Source: Candidatus Eiseniibacteriota bacterium
GTDB taxonomy: Bacteria > Eisenbacteria > RBG-16-71-46 > JABDJR01
DNA length: 64,000 nt
Direction: 5' to 3'
Assembly (NCBI GenBank): GCA_963783375.1
Contig: CAWANH010000029.1
Coordinates: 768,001 to 832,000, forward strand
Shown here: positions 20,213 to 30,642 of the stretch, in pieces
Numbering within the stretch: the stretch's first letter is position 1
Layout: the number at the start of each line of letters is the position of its first letter
Notes under the pieces: generated by a model
The model's input: the letters and a program-made list of their open reading frames with translations, nothing else
Databases searched by the model: none
Told to the model about the DNA's origin: nothing
Translations under genes and position numbers: made by a program

Positions 20213-20962
20213 TTATGCCATGACCATTCCGCCGTCAACATGGATCACCTGTCCGGTGATGTAGGCGGCGTCCTCCCCGGCCAGAAAAACCACCACGCCG
20301 GCCACGTCCTCCGGGGACCCAAGCCGGCCCACGGGGATGGACCCCATGAGAGCCTGTTTCGCGTTCTCGGGGAGAGCCTCGGTCATCGCGGTCTCGATGT
20401 AGCCCGGGGCCACCGCGTTCGCGGTCACTCCCCGGCCGGCCAGTTCCCGGGCCACCGAACGGGTGAATCCCAGGATCCCCGCCTTGGAGGCCGCGTAATT
20501 GGCCTGGCCCGCGTTGCCCAGCACGCCCACCACCGAGGAGATGTTGATGATCCTCCCCCACCGGGCCTTCATCATGTCACGGCAGAACACCTTGGTGCAG
20601 TGGAAGGTGCCGTCGAGGTTCACCCGGAGGACCTCGCTCCAGTCCTCGGGCTTCATCCGAAGCAAGAGCTGATCGCGGGTGATTCCGGCGTTGTTGACCA
20701 GGATCGAGACCTTCCCCAGGTCCCCGGCGATCCGGATCGCCGCTTCCTCCACCGCCGTGAAGTCCGACACGTCCAGCCCCAGGGCCATGGCCCTCCGCCC
20801 CAGACCCCGGATCTCCGCCGCCGCATCTTCAGCCGGAGCGGGGTTCCGGGCGGCCAGGGCCACGTCGGCGCCTCGATGGGCGAGCGCCAACGCGATGGCG
20901 CGACCGATGCCCCGTGAGGCTCCGGTGACCAGGGCCACCTTGCCCTGAAGATCCGCGGTCAC
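20213..20962 (-). CDS. fabG: 3-oxoacyl-ACP reductase
   Basis: TGASRGIG, NNAGITRD, YAASK, VAPGYI. GTG start at 20962 overlaps the fabD stop. Confidence 0.96.
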   Translation of the reverse strand: MTADLQGKVALVTGASRGIGRAIALALAHRGADVALAARNPAPAEDAAAEIRGLGRRAMALGLDVSDFTAVEEAAIRIAGDLGKVSILVNNAGITRDQLLLRMKPEDWSEVLRVNLDGTFHCTKVFCRDMMKARWGRIINISSVVGVLGNAGQANYAASKAGILGFTRSVARELAGRGVTANAVAPGYIETAMTEALPENAKQALMGSIPVGRLGSPEDVAGVVVFLAGEDAAYITGQVIHVDGGMVMA

Positions 20963-21879
20963 GGCGCCACCCGCTCCAGGTCGGCGGGCTCGGCCACGGT
21001 GTCGCAGGCCGCCTCGCGGTCCACGGCGCGCAGGAGCCCCTTCAGGACCTTGCCCGGCCCCACCTCCAGGAACGGCGGGCCCGGGTCGGCGACCAGGGCA
21101 CGCATGCTGGCCTCCCAGCGCACCGGGTTCAGGAGCTGGCGGGCCAGGGACTCCCTGATGGCCTCGGGCTCTCGCACCACCTCGGCGGAGGCGTTGGCCA
21201 CCACCGGGATCTCCGCGGGACGGATCTCCACCTCGGCCAGGGCGCGCCGGAGCCCCTGGAAGGCCGACTCCATGAGCGGGGAATGGAACGCCCCGCTCAC
21301 CTTCAGGGGAACCACCTTCCGGGCCCCCGCCGCCTTCGCCAGCTCCAGGGCCGCGGCCACCGCGGGAGGATCCCCGGACACCACGACCTGGCCCGGTGAA
21401 TTCAGGTTGGCCGCGCACACCACGCCCTCGGTGACCCCGGCGCAGAGCGCCTCCACCGCCGGCCCCTCGAGTCCCAGTACCGCGCCCATGGCCCCGGGTC
21501 GCTCGAGGCCGGCCTCGTACATGAGCTCCCCGCGCCGGCGGACCAGACGCGCCGCGTCGGCGAAGGACAGGGATCCCGCGGCCACGTAGGCGCTGTACTC
21601 GCCCAGGGAGTGGCCGGCCGCCGCAGTGGGCCGCACCCCGCGTGCCTGCAGTTCCCGCAGCACGGCCACCGAGTGGACCAGGATGGCCGGCTGGGTGTTC
21701 TTGGTCTTGACCAGCTCCTCCTCCGGACCTTCGAAGGAGATCGCCGCGAGATCGAAACCCAGGGCTTCGTTCGCTTCCCGGTAAGTCGTGCGCGCGGTCT
21801 CCGAGGCCTCGTGGAGGGTCCGGCCCATTCCCACGAACTGGGATCCCTGGCCGGGGAAGAGAAACACCGCCTCGGTCAC
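20959..21879 (-). CDS. fabD: Malonyl-CoA:ACP transacylase
   Basis: FPGQGSQ, TQPA, GHSLGEY, VSGAFHS, EVGPGKVL. GTG start overlaps the fabH stop. Confidence 0.96.
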   Translation of the reverse strand: MTEAVFLFPGQGSQFVGMGRTLHEASETARTTYREANEALGFDLAAISFEGPEEELVKTKNTQPAILVHSVAVLRELQARGVRPTAAAGHSLGEYSAYVAAGSLSFADAARLVRRRGELMYEAGLERPGAMGAVLGLEGPAVEALCAGVTEGVVCAANLNSPGQVVVSGDPPAVAAALELAKAAGARKVVPLKVSGAFHSPLMESAFQGLRRALAEVEIRPAEIPVVANASAEVVREPEAIRESLARQLLNPVRWEASMRALVADPGPPFLEVGPGKVLKGLLRAVDREAACDTVAEPADLERVAP

Positions 21880-22892
21880 TGGTTGCCTTCCCATCGCATC
21901 ACCGAGGCCCCCCAGGTGAGCCCGCCCCCGAACGCCACCATGCCGATGACGTTCCCCTTCTTCACCCGGCCGCTGGTCACCGCCTCGTCCAGGGCGAGGG
22001 GGATCGAGGAAGCCGAGGTGTTGCCGAAGCGTTCGATGGTCACCACCACCTTCTCGGGGGGAATTTCCAGCCGCTTGGCGGTGGCGTCGATGATCCGGAT
22101 GTTGGCCTGGTGCGGGATCAGGAGGTCCAGATCCCCGACGTTGATGTGGGCCGCCTCCACCGCCCGCCGGGCGATCGATTCCATGCCCCGCACCGCGATC
22201 TTGAACACCTCGTTCCCGGCCATCTTCATGTAATGGAGTCGTTGATCCACCGTTTCGTGGGAAGCGGGATGGCGCGAACCGCCCCCCGGCATGAAGAGCA
22301 GCTCTCCCTGATCGCCATCGGAGCCGATCACCACCGAGAGGAGTCCCCGGTCCGCTTCGGGATCGCCCTCGATGGCCACCGCCCCCGCCGCGTCGCCGAA
22401 CAGCACACAAGTGGACCGGTCGGTGTAGTCGGTGATGCGGCTCAGGGTCTCCACCCCGACCAGGAGGATGCGCCGGACCTGCTGGGAGAGAATGAGGGCG
22501 CGGGAGAGATAGAGCCCGTAGATGAACCCGGTGCAGGCGGCCCCGATGTCGAGGGCGGCGGCCTGACCGGCTCCCAGCTTGGCCTGCAGGGTGCAACCGC
22601 AGGACGGGAAGAGGTAGTCGGGGGTCACCGTGGCCACGATGATGAGGTCGAGATCGGCGGAGGTCCAACCCGCGGCCTTCAGCGCCTTGCGGGCGGCCAT
22701 GAGGGCCAGGTCGCTCGACGCCTGCTCGGGTTCCGCGATGTGGCGCTCCCGGATTCCGGTCCGGGTTCGGATCCACTCGTCCGAGGTGTCCACCATGCGT
22801 TCGAAGTCCTGGTTGGTGAGTATCCGCTCCGGATAGTAGGAGCCGGTGCCGCGGATAACCGCGCTCTTAGGAGTTGGCAACCTTGCCTCCAT
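21876..22892 (-). CDS. fabH: 3-oxoacyl-ACP synthase III
   Basis: DTSDEWIRTRTGI, AACTGF, PHQANIRI, GNTSASSIP, FGGGLTWG. Confidence 0.97.
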   Translation of the reverse strand: MEARLPTPKSAVIRGTGSYYPERILTNQDFERMVDTSDEWIRTRTGIRERHIAEPEQASSDLALMAARKALKAAGWTSADLDLIIVATVTPDYLFPSCGCTLQAKLGAGQAAALDIGAACTGFIYGLYLSRALILSQQVRRILLVGVETLSRITDYTDRSTCVLFGDAAGAVAIEGDPEADRGLLSVVIGSDGDQGELLFMPGGGSRHPASHETVDQRLHYMKMAGNEVFKIAVRGMESIARRAVEAAHINVGDLDLLIPHQANIRIIDATAKRLEIPPEKVVVTIERFGNTSASSIPLALDEAVTSGRVKKGNVIGMVAFGGGLTWGASVMRWEGNQ

Positions 22893-23925
22893 TGACCCGA
22901 TCCAGTTCCTGGCGGATCTCGTCGTTGATGCCTTGGGCAGACAGGTCCGCGCTCACGCGGACCGCGTTTCGGATGGCCTTGGGGCTGGATCGCCCATGCC
23001 CGATGATGGCCACCCCATTCACCCCCAGAAGGGGAGCGCCGCCCACCTCGGAATAGTCGAGCCGGTTCTTGAGCCGGCGGAGCGACGGTTTCAGCAGGTA
23101 CGCCCCCATCTTGGCCAGCACGTGGTCGCCGATCTCCCGTCGAACCGCGTGTACCACCCAGTCGAATACGCTCTCGGCGAACTTGAGAAGAACGTTCCCG
23201 GTGAACCCGTCGGTCACCACCACGTGGGTCCGTCCCTGGAGGATGTCCCGGCCCTCGACGTTCCCCACGAAATTGATGCCGCTCGAGGAGAGAAGCATGT
23301 GGGCCTCCTGGGCCAGCTCACTTCCCTTGCTCCCCTCCTCCCCGATGTTGAGGAGTCCGACGCGGGGCCGATCCACCTTCATCATGTGCCGATAGTAGAT
23401 CTCTCCCAGAATGGCGAACTGGAGCAGGTTGATCGGCTTGCAGTCCGCCGTGGCCCCCACGTCGAGGATGAGGGCCCAGGGAATTTCTCCCCCGGTGGGA
23501 ATGGGAGTGGCCAGGGCCGGTCGCACCACTCCCGGAATCCGCCCCATGTTGAGGAGCGCCGCCGCCACCATGGCCCCGGTGTTCCCCGCGCTCACCACCC
23601 CCTCGGCCGCCCCGTCCCTCACCAACCGGGTGGCCACGGACAGGGACGAGTCCGGCTTCTTGCGAAAGGAGTCCGCCGCGGCCTCGTCCATCGTCACCCG
23701 CTCGGCGGCATGGACCACGGTCAGTCCGGAATCCCCCGCCCCCAGCCGTACCAGCTCGGCCCGGATGGCCGCCTCGTCCCCCACCAGGATGGGGTCGACC
23801 CGGTCGCCGTAGAGACGCGAGGCCTCCACGACCCCCTCCACCACGAGGGCTGGGGCCTGGTCGCCACCCATGGCGTCCACCGCAATGCGGGTACGCACCG
23901 GTCGGGCTGATTCAGAGGAATTCAT
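22867..23925 (-). CDS. plsX: Phosphate acyltransferase PlsX
   Basis: IAVDAMGGD, SAGNTGA, LLNIGEEGSKG, DGFTGNV, GGAPLLG, HGRS. Confidence 0.96.
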   Translation of the reverse strand: MNSSESARPVRTRIAVDAMGGDQAPALVVEGVVEASRLYGDRVDPILVGDEAAIRAELVRLGAGDSGLTVVHAAERVTMDEAAADSFRKKPDSSLSVATRLVRDGAAEGVVSAGNTGAMVAAALLNMGRIPGVVRPALATPIPTGGEIPWALILDVGATADCKPINLLQFAILGEIYYRHMMKVDRPRVGLLNIGEEGSKGSELAQEAHMLLSSSGINFVGNVEGRDILQGRTHVVVTDGFTGNVLLKFAESVFDWVVHAVRREIGDHVLAKMGAYLLKPSLRRLKNRLDYSEVGGAPLLGVNGVAIIGHGRSSPKAIRNAVRVSADLSAQGINDEIRQELDRVNGGKVANS

Positions 23926-23952
23926 GACGCCTGCATGAGCACCGGTTCGAGG

Positions 23953-24135
23953 TTAGGCGATTTCCGGGGTCGTGATTTCCCGATCGGCGTAGTAGCCGCA
24001 GCTCGGGCAAACGCGGTGTGGCCGTTTGGGTTGACCGCAATGGGAGCAGGTGCCCACCGACGGCTTGGACAGCTTCCAGTGGGTTCTGCGTTTGGCCTGC
24101 CGGGCCCGGGAATGCCGGCGCTTGGGGAGAGCCAC
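23953..24135 (-). CDS. rpmF: 50S ribosomal protein bL32 (zinc-ribbon form)
   Basis: MALPKRRHSRAR...CSHC...HRVCPSCGYY; lies between yceD and plsX. Confidence 0.96.
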   Translation of the reverse strand: MALPKRRHSRARQAKRRTHWKLSKPSVGTCSHCGQPKRPHRVCPSCGYYADREITTPEIA

Positions 24136-24210
24136 TTCCGATTCCTCCTATGACGATGACTTCGGGACCTGGGCCCCGAACGGCGGAACGCCTGCGGGCG
24201 CCCACCGGGT

Positions 24211-24729
24211 CTACGATGTCTTGTCCTTCAAAGCCTTCAGCCCCTCCCACCGGGGATCTCCCGTGGGGGGCGTACACCCGCACGGCCCTTCGTTCAGGTC
24301 CTGGCCGCAGTGCGGACAGAGACCCCGACAATCGGGCCGGCAGAGCTGCACCACCGGGACCTCCAGGATCAGCGCCTCGCGAAGCGGCCCGTCCAGGTCC
24401 AGCTCGATGCCGTCATGATATAGGACGTCCCCCTCCTGTTCCAGAGCCACCTCATCCTCGGGGACGTCCGAGCCGCGGCGATCGGCGAACACCAGGACCT
24501 CTGCCTCGACCCTGAAGGTGAACTCCCGGGCGCACCGGGCGCAGTCCTGGTTCGCGTCGACCCCCACCCGGCCGCGGAGGGTGATCTGGTCCCCCCTCCG
24601 CTCCGCGTCGAGGTCGACCTCCACCGGTCCCCGGGGCCGAAGCCACTCCTCCAGGTCGAACGGACCGGCCGGTTCGAGGCGCTCCACCCGGGAGTGCCCC
24701 TGGGGAAGCTGGGGAATCTGGATCTTCAA
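24211..24729 (-). CDS. yceD: YceD/DUF177 family protein
   Basis: CARC, LCRPDCRGLCPHCGQDLN, DPRWEGLK; upstream of rpmF. Confidence 0.92.
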   Translation of the reverse strand: MKIQIPQLPQGHSRVERLEPAGPFDLEEWLRPRGPVEVDLDAERRGDQITLRGRVGVDANQDCARCAREFTFRVEAEVLVFADRRGSDVPEDEVALEQEGDVLYHDGIELDLDGPLREALILEVPVVQLCRPDCRGLCPHCGQDLNEGPCGCTPPTGDPRWEGLKALKDKTS

Positions 24730-24790
24730 CTAAGCCTACTCCTCCCAGGCTCCCCGGTCGCGACCGAAGCCGTCGCCCCGCGGCCGGAAA

Positions 24791-25201
24791 TCAAGTCGTT
24801 TCGTCGGAAAAGAAGAACGGGATCTCGACGCCCGCGGACTCCGGCGAGTCCGAGCCGTGCACCGAGTTGGTCTGGATATCCACCCCGAACTCGGCCCGGA
24901 TGGTGCCCGGAGCGGCGTTCTTCGGATTGGTGGCCCCCATCAGCTCCCGGAGCCGGGGGATGGCGTTCTCCGCCTCCAGCATCACCGGGATGCATGGACC
25001 CGAGGTCATGTAGGCCACCAGATCGTCCAGAAAGGGCTTCCCTTCGTGGACCGCGTAGAACGCGCGCGCCCGCTCCGGCGTCAAGCGCACCAGCTCCATC
25101 CGGCGAATCTTGAAGCCGGTGGCCTCGATCATGGCCAGGATCTTTCCCACCAGGCCGCGATCCACCGAATCCGGCTTGAGAATCAAGAGCGTCTTGTTCA
25201 A
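24791..25201 (-). CDS. ndk: Nucleoside-diphosphate kinase
   Basis: ILKPD, FYAVHEGKPF, GTIR, NSVHGSDS. Confidence 0.97.
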   Translation of the reverse strand: MNKTLLILKPDSVDRGLVGKILAMIEATGFKIRRMELVRLTPERARAFYAVHEGKPFLDDLVAYMTSGPCIPVMLEAENAIPRLRELMGATNPKNAAPGTIRAEFGVDIQTNSVHGSDSPESAGVEIPFFFSDETT

Positions 25202-25372
25202 CCAGGCCTCCCTTATTTCACGTTCGGACCGATCCCCGAAGGACCGGTCCCGACGCGCATCCGCGCATCGTCAAACGGGGCGCCGGGGGTCGCCGATGGT
25301 GGTTGGCGCAGAGCGCGAACACCGACGCCGGGACGCGGACGTCCCTTCCCCCGACCACCCCGATCCCGGCCG

Positions 25373-26248
25373 CTAGGAACGTCCCAGGGCGCGGGAAACC
25401 AGACCCGGAATCTCCGAAGGGATCTTGGCCACCGGCACGCCGGCCTCGGCCAAGGCCTCCGTCTTTTCCTGGGCGGTCCCCCCTCCCCCGGATATGATCG
25501 CCCCGGCATGCCCCATGCGCTTGCCGGGCGGAGCGGTCCGACCGGCGATGAAACCCACCACCGGCTTCTTCATCGAACTCTTGATGAAGCGCGCGGCTTC
25601 CTGCTCGTCGGTGCCCCCGATCTCCCCGATCAGGACCACCACCTTGGTCTCGGGATCCGCCTCGAAGAGCTCCAGGGTGTCGAGGAAATTGGTCCCGATG
25701 ATGGGATCCCCCCCGATGCCGATGCAGGTGCTCTGTCCGATTTCCGCCCGGGTGAGATGATCCACCACCTGGTAGGTGAGGGTCCCGCTCCGGGAAACCA
25801 GCCCCACCGGGCCCTCCTGGTGGATGGGTCCGGGAAGGATCCCGACCTTGGACTTGCCCGGGGAAATGAGCCCGGGGCAGTTGGGTCCGATCAGGCGGCT
25901 GGAGGAGCGCTCCACCGTGGCGTAGAGCTCCACCATATCGTTGACCGGCACTCCCTCGGTGATGCACACCACCAGCTTGACGCCGGCGTCCACCGCCTCG
26001 TAGACCGCGTCGACGGCGAAGGGGGCGGGGACGTAGATGACCGAGACGTTCCCGCCGGTCGCGGCTCGGGCTTCGGCCACGGAGTCGAACACCGGCACCC
26101 CGTGTACGGTCTCGCCGCCCTTGCCGGGGGTGACCCCGGCCACCACCTTGGTTCCGTAATCGATCATGCCCTGGGTGTGGAACGAGCCGTCGCGGCCGGT
26201 GATTCCCTGAACGATGACCTTGCTGTTCTGGTCGATGAGTATGCTCAT
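25373..26248 (-). CDS. sucD: Succinyl-CoA synthetase alpha subunit
   Basis: [42 protein letters not shown]. Confidence 0.96.
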   Translation of the reverse strand: MSILIDQNSKVIVQGITGRDGSFHTQGMIDYGTKVVAGVTPGKGGETVHGVPVFDSVAEARAATGGNVSVIYVPAPFAVDAVYEAVDAGVKLVVCITEGVPVNDMVELYATVERSSSRLIGPNCPGLISPGKSKVGILPGPIHQEGPVGLVSRSGTLTYQVVDHLTRAEIGQSTCIGIGGDPIIGTNFLDTLELFEADPETKVVVLIGEIGGTDEQEAARFIKSSMKKPVVGFIAGRTAPPGKRMGHAGAIISGGGGTAQEKTEALAEAGVPVAKIPSEIPGLVSRALGRS

Positions 26249-26257
26249 GTCGGCTCC

Positions 26258-27400
26258 CTAGATGCGCCGCGCGCCGTTCGCGCGCGCCAACGCCGTCTTC
26301 ACCACGTCGTCCATGGTCGTCGCGGGCTCCACCACTCCGGCCTGGGCGAGCATTTCCCGCGCGATCTCCTCGTTGGTCCCGGTGAGGCGGACCACCACCG
26401 GCACCCGGACGTCCAGGTTCTTGAGCGCGGCGAGGATGCCCTGGGCCACGTCATCGCAGCGGGTGATCCCGCCGAAGATATTGAAGAGCACCGCCTTGAC
26501 CTGGGGATCCTCGAGAATGATCCGCATGGCGGTGGTCACCTTGTCCGGGTTCGAACTCCCCCCGATGTCGAGGAAATTGGCCGGCTCCCCGCCGTAGTGC
26601 TTGATCAGGTCCATGGTGGCCATGGCCAGTCCGGCTCCGTTCACCACGCACCCCACGCTCCCCTCCAGGGGGACGAAGGACAACCCCATCTCCCGCGCGG
26701 CGGCGGCGTGCTCGCTCTCGTCCTCCCGGAAGGCGGCCAGCCGGGGCTGGCGGTAGAGCGCGTTGTCGTCGATCACCATCTTGGCGTCCAGGGCGATCAC
26801 CTTGTCGTCGGGGGTGGTGATCAGGGGATTGATCTCCACCAGGGTGGCGTCCGAGGCCCAGAATACCTCCACCAACCGCTCGAGGATCCGCGCCATCTTG
26901 AGCGCGATGTCCTTGCGGGGCTCGATCTTCAGGGTCACCGCCCGCGCCTCGTAGGCGCGGAAGGACCCCCGCCGGTCCAGATGATACCGGTGGATCTTCT
27001 CGGGGGTGGTTCGGGCCACCTCCTCGATGTCCACTCCCCCCGCGGCGCTGGCGATGATGACCGGGCGCTTGGCCCCCCGGTCCATGGTGACCCCCAGGTA
27101 GTACTCCTTGGCGATCTCCGCCGCGGGAACCACCAGGACCTTCCGCACCGGGTAGCCCTTGATCGAGAGCTGGAGGATGGCCTCGGCCTTTTCGCGGGCC
27201 TCGTCCGCGTTCTGGGCCAACTTGACCCCGCCGGCCTTGCCCCGGCCCCCGGCGTGCACCTGGGCCTTCACTACCACCGGCCCTCCCACCTCGGAGGCGA
27301 TCTTCGCCGCGTCCTCGGGGGTGGCAGCCACCTTGCCCGCCACGATGGGAATGCCGTAGCCGGCGAATACTTCCTTGGCCTGATACTCATGGATGTTCAC
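26258..27400 (-). CDS. sucC: Succinyl-CoA synthetase beta subunit
   Basis: MNIHEYQAK, KAQVHAGGRGKAGG, EINPL, NGAGLAMAT, ANFLDIGG, NIFGGITRCD. Confidence 0.96.
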   Translation of the reverse strand: MNIHEYQAKEVFAGYGIPIVAGKVAATPEDAAKIASEVGGPVVVKAQVHAGGRGKAGGVKLAQNADEAREKAEAILQLSIKGYPVRKVLVVPAAEIAKEYYLGVTMDRGAKRPVIIASAAGGVDIEEVARTTPEKIHRYHLDRRGSFRAYEARAVTLKIEPRKDIALKMARILERLVEVFWASDATLVEINPLITTPDDKVIALDAKMVIDDNALYRQPRLAAFREDESEHAAAAREMGLSFVPLEGSVGCVVNGAGLAMATMDLIKHYGGEPANFLDIGGSSNPDKVTTAMRIILEDPQVKAVLFNIFGGITRCDDVAQGILAALKNLDVRVPVVVRLTGTNEEIAREMLAQAGVVEPATTMDDVVKTALARANGARRI

Positions 27401-28764
27401 GACTGCTTCCCCCCCCGGGCGCGCCCCGCTGAACCGTGACGCTCGAGGAACTCGTCCAGGATGTCCGCCAGTTTGGGGCTCCCGATCTCCTCCAGCTCGT
27501 ACCGTACCCGCACCGCGGGCTTGTTGAGCTCGAGCAGGCGGCCCAGGTCGATGGGAGTGGCCACCAACACCACGTCCGCTTCCACCGCGTTGATGGTCTC
27601 CTCCAGGTCCTTCATCTGCTTCTCACCGTAGCCCATGGCCGGGAGCAGGGTCCCGATCCCGGGATACTTGGCGAAGGTCTCGGCGATCTCCCCGGTCACC
27701 CACGGCCGCGGATCGACGATGGCCGCGGCTCCGAACTGGCGGGCCGCGATCACCCCGGCTCCGTACTTCATCTCACCGTGGGTGAGGGTGGGTCCGTCCT
27801 CGACCACCAACACCTTCTTACCGCGAACCGCGCCTGGATCGTCCACGAAGATCGGCGAGGCCGCGTGGATGATCCGGGCCCGGGGATTCAGCCGGGCCAC
27901 GCTCTCCTGGACGGCCAGGATATTGTCGTAGTCGGCGGTGGTCTCCTTGTTGATCACCACGACGTCGGCCAGACGGATATTGGTTTCGCCGGGGTAGTAC
28001 CGGGTCTCGTGGCCGGCCCGATGCGGATCGGCCACCACGATGGTGAGGTCGGGGCGGTAGAACGAAAAGTCGTTGTTCCCCCCGTCCCATAGGATCACGT
28101 CCGCTTCCTTCTCCGCCGCCTCGAGGATCTTCCCGTAATCCACCCCCGCGTACACCACCGTGCCGGCCCGGATGTGGGGCTCGTACTCTTCCATCTCCTC
28201 GATGGTGCAGTGCTGGAGATCCATGTCCTCCACCGACCCGAACCGCTGAACCGTCTGCTCGGCCAGGTTCCCGTAGGGCATGGGATGGCGGATGGCCACC
28301 GTCTTCAGTCCCCGCTCGACCAGGAGCTTCGCCACCTTCCGGGTGGTCTGGCTCTTCCCGGAGCCGGTGCGAACCGCGGTCACCGCGATCACCGGCTTCT
28401 TCGATTCGATCATGGTCGCCGCGGTACCCATGAGGGTGAAATTGCATCCCAGGGCGTTGACCCGCGCCGACATGTGGCCCAGGTACTCGTAGCTAACGTC
28501 GCTGTAGGCGAAGATCGCCTCCAGGGGGCCGTGTTCGGCCACCAGGTTCTCGAGTTCCGACTCGGGAACGATCGGGATCCCCTCCGGATAGAGGGGCCCG
28601 GCCAGGGACGGCGGGTACCTTCGGGTATCGATGTGCGGAATCTGGGTGGCGGTGAACGCCACCACCTCCAGGTCTTCCCGGTCCCGAAGGGCGGTGTTGA
28701 AGTTATGGAAATCGCGCCCCCCGGCGCCCAGGATGACTGTCTTTCGACGTTTTCGTTCGCTCAC
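27397..28764 (-). CDS. P-loop NTPase of the cyclic-2,3-diphosphoglycerate synthetase / arginine synthetase (ArcE)-like family
   Basis: GAGGRDFHNFN, AFTATQIP, P-loop AVRTGSGKSQT, RHPMPYG, TIEEMEEYEPH, WDGGNND, VEDGPTLTHG. GTG start at 28764 after a GGAGG/GAGG RBS. Confidence 0.8.
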   Translation of the reverse strand: MSERKRRKTVILGAGGRDFHNFNTALRDREDLEVVAFTATQIPHIDTRRYPPSLAGPLYPEGIPIVPESELENLVAEHGPLEAIFAYSDVSYEYLGHMSARVNALGCNFTLMGTAATMIESKKPVIAVTAVRTGSGKSQTTRKVAKLLVERGLKTVAIRHPMPYGNLAEQTVQRFGSVEDMDLQHCTIEEMEEYEPHIRAGTVVYAGVDYGKILEAAEKEADVILWDGGNNDFSFYRPDLTIVVADPHRAGHETRYYPGETNIRLADVVVINKETTADYDNILAVQESVARLNPRARIIHAASPIFVDDPGAVRGKKVLVVEDGPTLTHGEMKYGAGVIAARQFGAAAIVDPRPWVTGEIAETFAKYPGIGTLLPAMGYGEKQMKDLEETINAVEADVVLVATPIDLGRLLELNKPAVRVRYELEEIGSPKLADILDEFLERHGSAGRARGGKQS

Positions 28765-28880
28765 CTCTTCACGTCCTCCCATGCCCGCCCCGGGGAGCCT
28801 CGCCCCCGGCTCCGAACCCCGGGGGGCGGGCGCATGACAAAAAAAAAGACAGGCCGCCGGGCGACGAGTCCGAACGCCCA

Positions 28881-28910
28881 AAGCTATCAGGGGCAAGGGA
28901 ATACTGTCAA
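28881..28910 (-). promoter_or_regulatory. Putative sigma70 promoter for the 28764-sucC-sucD-ndk unit
   Basis: TTGACA-N18-TAGCTT with TG in the extended -10 position. Confidence 0.55.
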
Positions 28911-28963
28911 CCGAAGCGTGCGCGGATAAGCGCATTCACCCGGGCCGGGGACCCCGGCCCGGC

Positions 28964-29440
28964 CTAGGCTCCCGGCTTCCGGAGCCGGTCCACCAGGGAG
29001 GTGGTCGAGCGCCCCTCGGTGAGCGGCACCAGCTCCACCCGGCCCCCCGCCGCCTCCACCACGTCCCGGCCCACCACCTCCTCGGGACGGTAATCCGCCC
29101 CCTTCACCAACACGTCGGGCACCAGCTCGCGGATGAGCCCGAGCGGAGTGTCCTCCTCGAACACCACCACCACGTCCACCGCGGCCAGGGCGGCCAGGAC
29201 CGCGGCGCGGTCCCCGTCCGGGACCAGGGGTCGCCCGGAACCCTTCAAGCGCCGCGTCGAAGCATCGGAGTTGAGCCCCACCACCAGGAAGTCCCCCTTG
29301 GCCCGGGCCGCGGCCAGGAGATCCACGTGTCCCCGGTGGAGGAGGTCGAAGCAGCCGTTGGTGAAGACCACGGTCTTCCCCTCCCCGCGCGCGGTTTCCC
29401 GGGCCGCCCGGGCTTCCTTCCACCCCAGCACGCGCCCCAT
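28964..29440 (-). CDS. rfaE2: D-glycero-beta-D-manno-heptose 1-phosphate adenylyltransferase (HldE domain II)
   Basis: [38 protein letters not shown]. Confidence 0.93.
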   Translation of the reverse strand: MGRVLGWKEARAARETARGEGKTVVFTNGCFDLLHRGHVDLLAAARAKGDFLVVGLNSDASTRRLKGSGRPLVPDGDRAAVLAALAAVDVVVVFEEDTPLGLIRELVPDVLVKGADYRPEEVVGRDVVEAAGGRVELVPLTEGRSTTSLVDRLRKPGA

Positions 29441-30444
29441 CAGCCCTCCTCCCGCCGGAAGGAATCCCGGAGCCGGACCAGGCCGGGAACCGCCGTCCCC
29501 AGCTCCCCCACCACGATCCCCGCGGCATGGTTGGCGATGATCGCCGCCTCCCGCGGATCGGCCCCCCCGACCAGGGCCGCGGAATAGGCGCTCACCACGG
29601 TGTCCCCCGCTCCGGTCACGTCGAACACCTCGCGGGCCACGGTGGGGAAATCGGTCCTGCGCCCCCGCTCGAACAGGCTCATTCCCTTGTCCCCCCGGGT
29701 GATGAGGGCGCACTCGGCGTCCAGCCGCTCGAGGATGGTTCGTCCCGCCCGCTCCACCGCCTCTTCGTCCCGGAGCTTGAACCCCAGCACCTCCGCCGCC
29801 TCATGCTGGTTGGGGGTGATCACCGACACCCCCCGGTAGGAAAAGAAGTGGTTGTCCTTGGGGTCCACGCAAACCGGGATCCTCCGGCGACGGGCTTCGG
29901 GGAGGAGCCGGTCGAGCAGGGCCCCGGTGACCACGCCCTTCCCGTAGTCGGAGATCACTACCGCCGAGGCCTCGGAGAGGGCGGACATCACGCTCTCGGT
30001 CAGGGCGTGGGATCGCGGAGGCTCCAATTCCGCCCGGTTCTCCTGATCCGCCCGCACCACGTGCTGGCTCCGGGCCACGATACGGGTCTTGAGCGTGGTC
30101 GGACGCCCCGGGTCGACCACCAACCCCTCCACCGGCACCCCACGCGCGGTCAATTCGGTCCGCAGGAGGTCCGCGCTGGAGTCATCCCCCACCACGCCGA
30201 TGAGCCGCACCCGGCCACCGAGACTCAGCAGGTTGTGAGCCACGTTGGCCGCGCCCCCCAGGCGCACCGATTCCCGATGGACTTCGACCACCGGCACCGG
30301 GGCCTCCGGGGAGATGCGGGTCACGTTCCCCCAGAGGTACCGGTCGAGCATGACGTCGCCCAGGACCAGGATCTCGAGCCCCTGCCAGGCGGTGATGAGC
30401 TGGTCCAGACGATCGGCGTCGAGGCGGGTCCAGGTTTCGGTCAT
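29440..30444 (-). CDS. rfaE1: D-glycero-beta-D-manno-heptose-7-phosphate kinase (HldE domain I)
   Basis: GDVMLDRY...[40 protein letters not shown]. Confidence 0.94.
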   Translation of the reverse strand: MTETWTRLDADRLDQLITAWQGLEILVLGDVMLDRYLWGNVTRISPEAPVPVVEVHRESVRLGGAANVAHNLLSLGGRVRLIGVVGDDSSADLLRTELTARGVPVEGLVVDPGRPTTLKTRIVARSQHVVRADQENRAELEPPRSHALTESVMSALSEASAVVISDYGKGVVTGALLDRLLPEARRRRIPVCVDPKDNHFFSYRGVSVITPNQHEAAEVLGFKLRDEEAVERAGRTILERLDAECALITRGDKGMSLFERGRRTDFPTVAREVFDVTGAGDTVVSAYSAALVGGADPREAAIIANHAAGIVVGELGTAVPGLVRLRDSFRREEG

Positions 30445-30642
30445 GTCGAGGCGCTCCTCCCGGGGGTGGAGCCGGGCCCCCATCCCCTCAAAAACCGGCG
30501 AGTGTACCAGCTCTGGCGGGCGGCCGAGGCTCCCGGAACGACGGAGTCTCCGGGACGGGCGGTCACGGGCCCCCACGACCTCATGCGACAGATTGATGAA
30601 ATGCCCCAAGCCACTGTAATATTGACGGCTATACGGACTGCA

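Noticed and set aside
18601-23925. Type II PKS or secondary-metabolite cluster
   Set aside because: Canonical yceD-rpmF-plsX-fabH-fabD-fabG-acpP-fabF-rnc housekeeping order.
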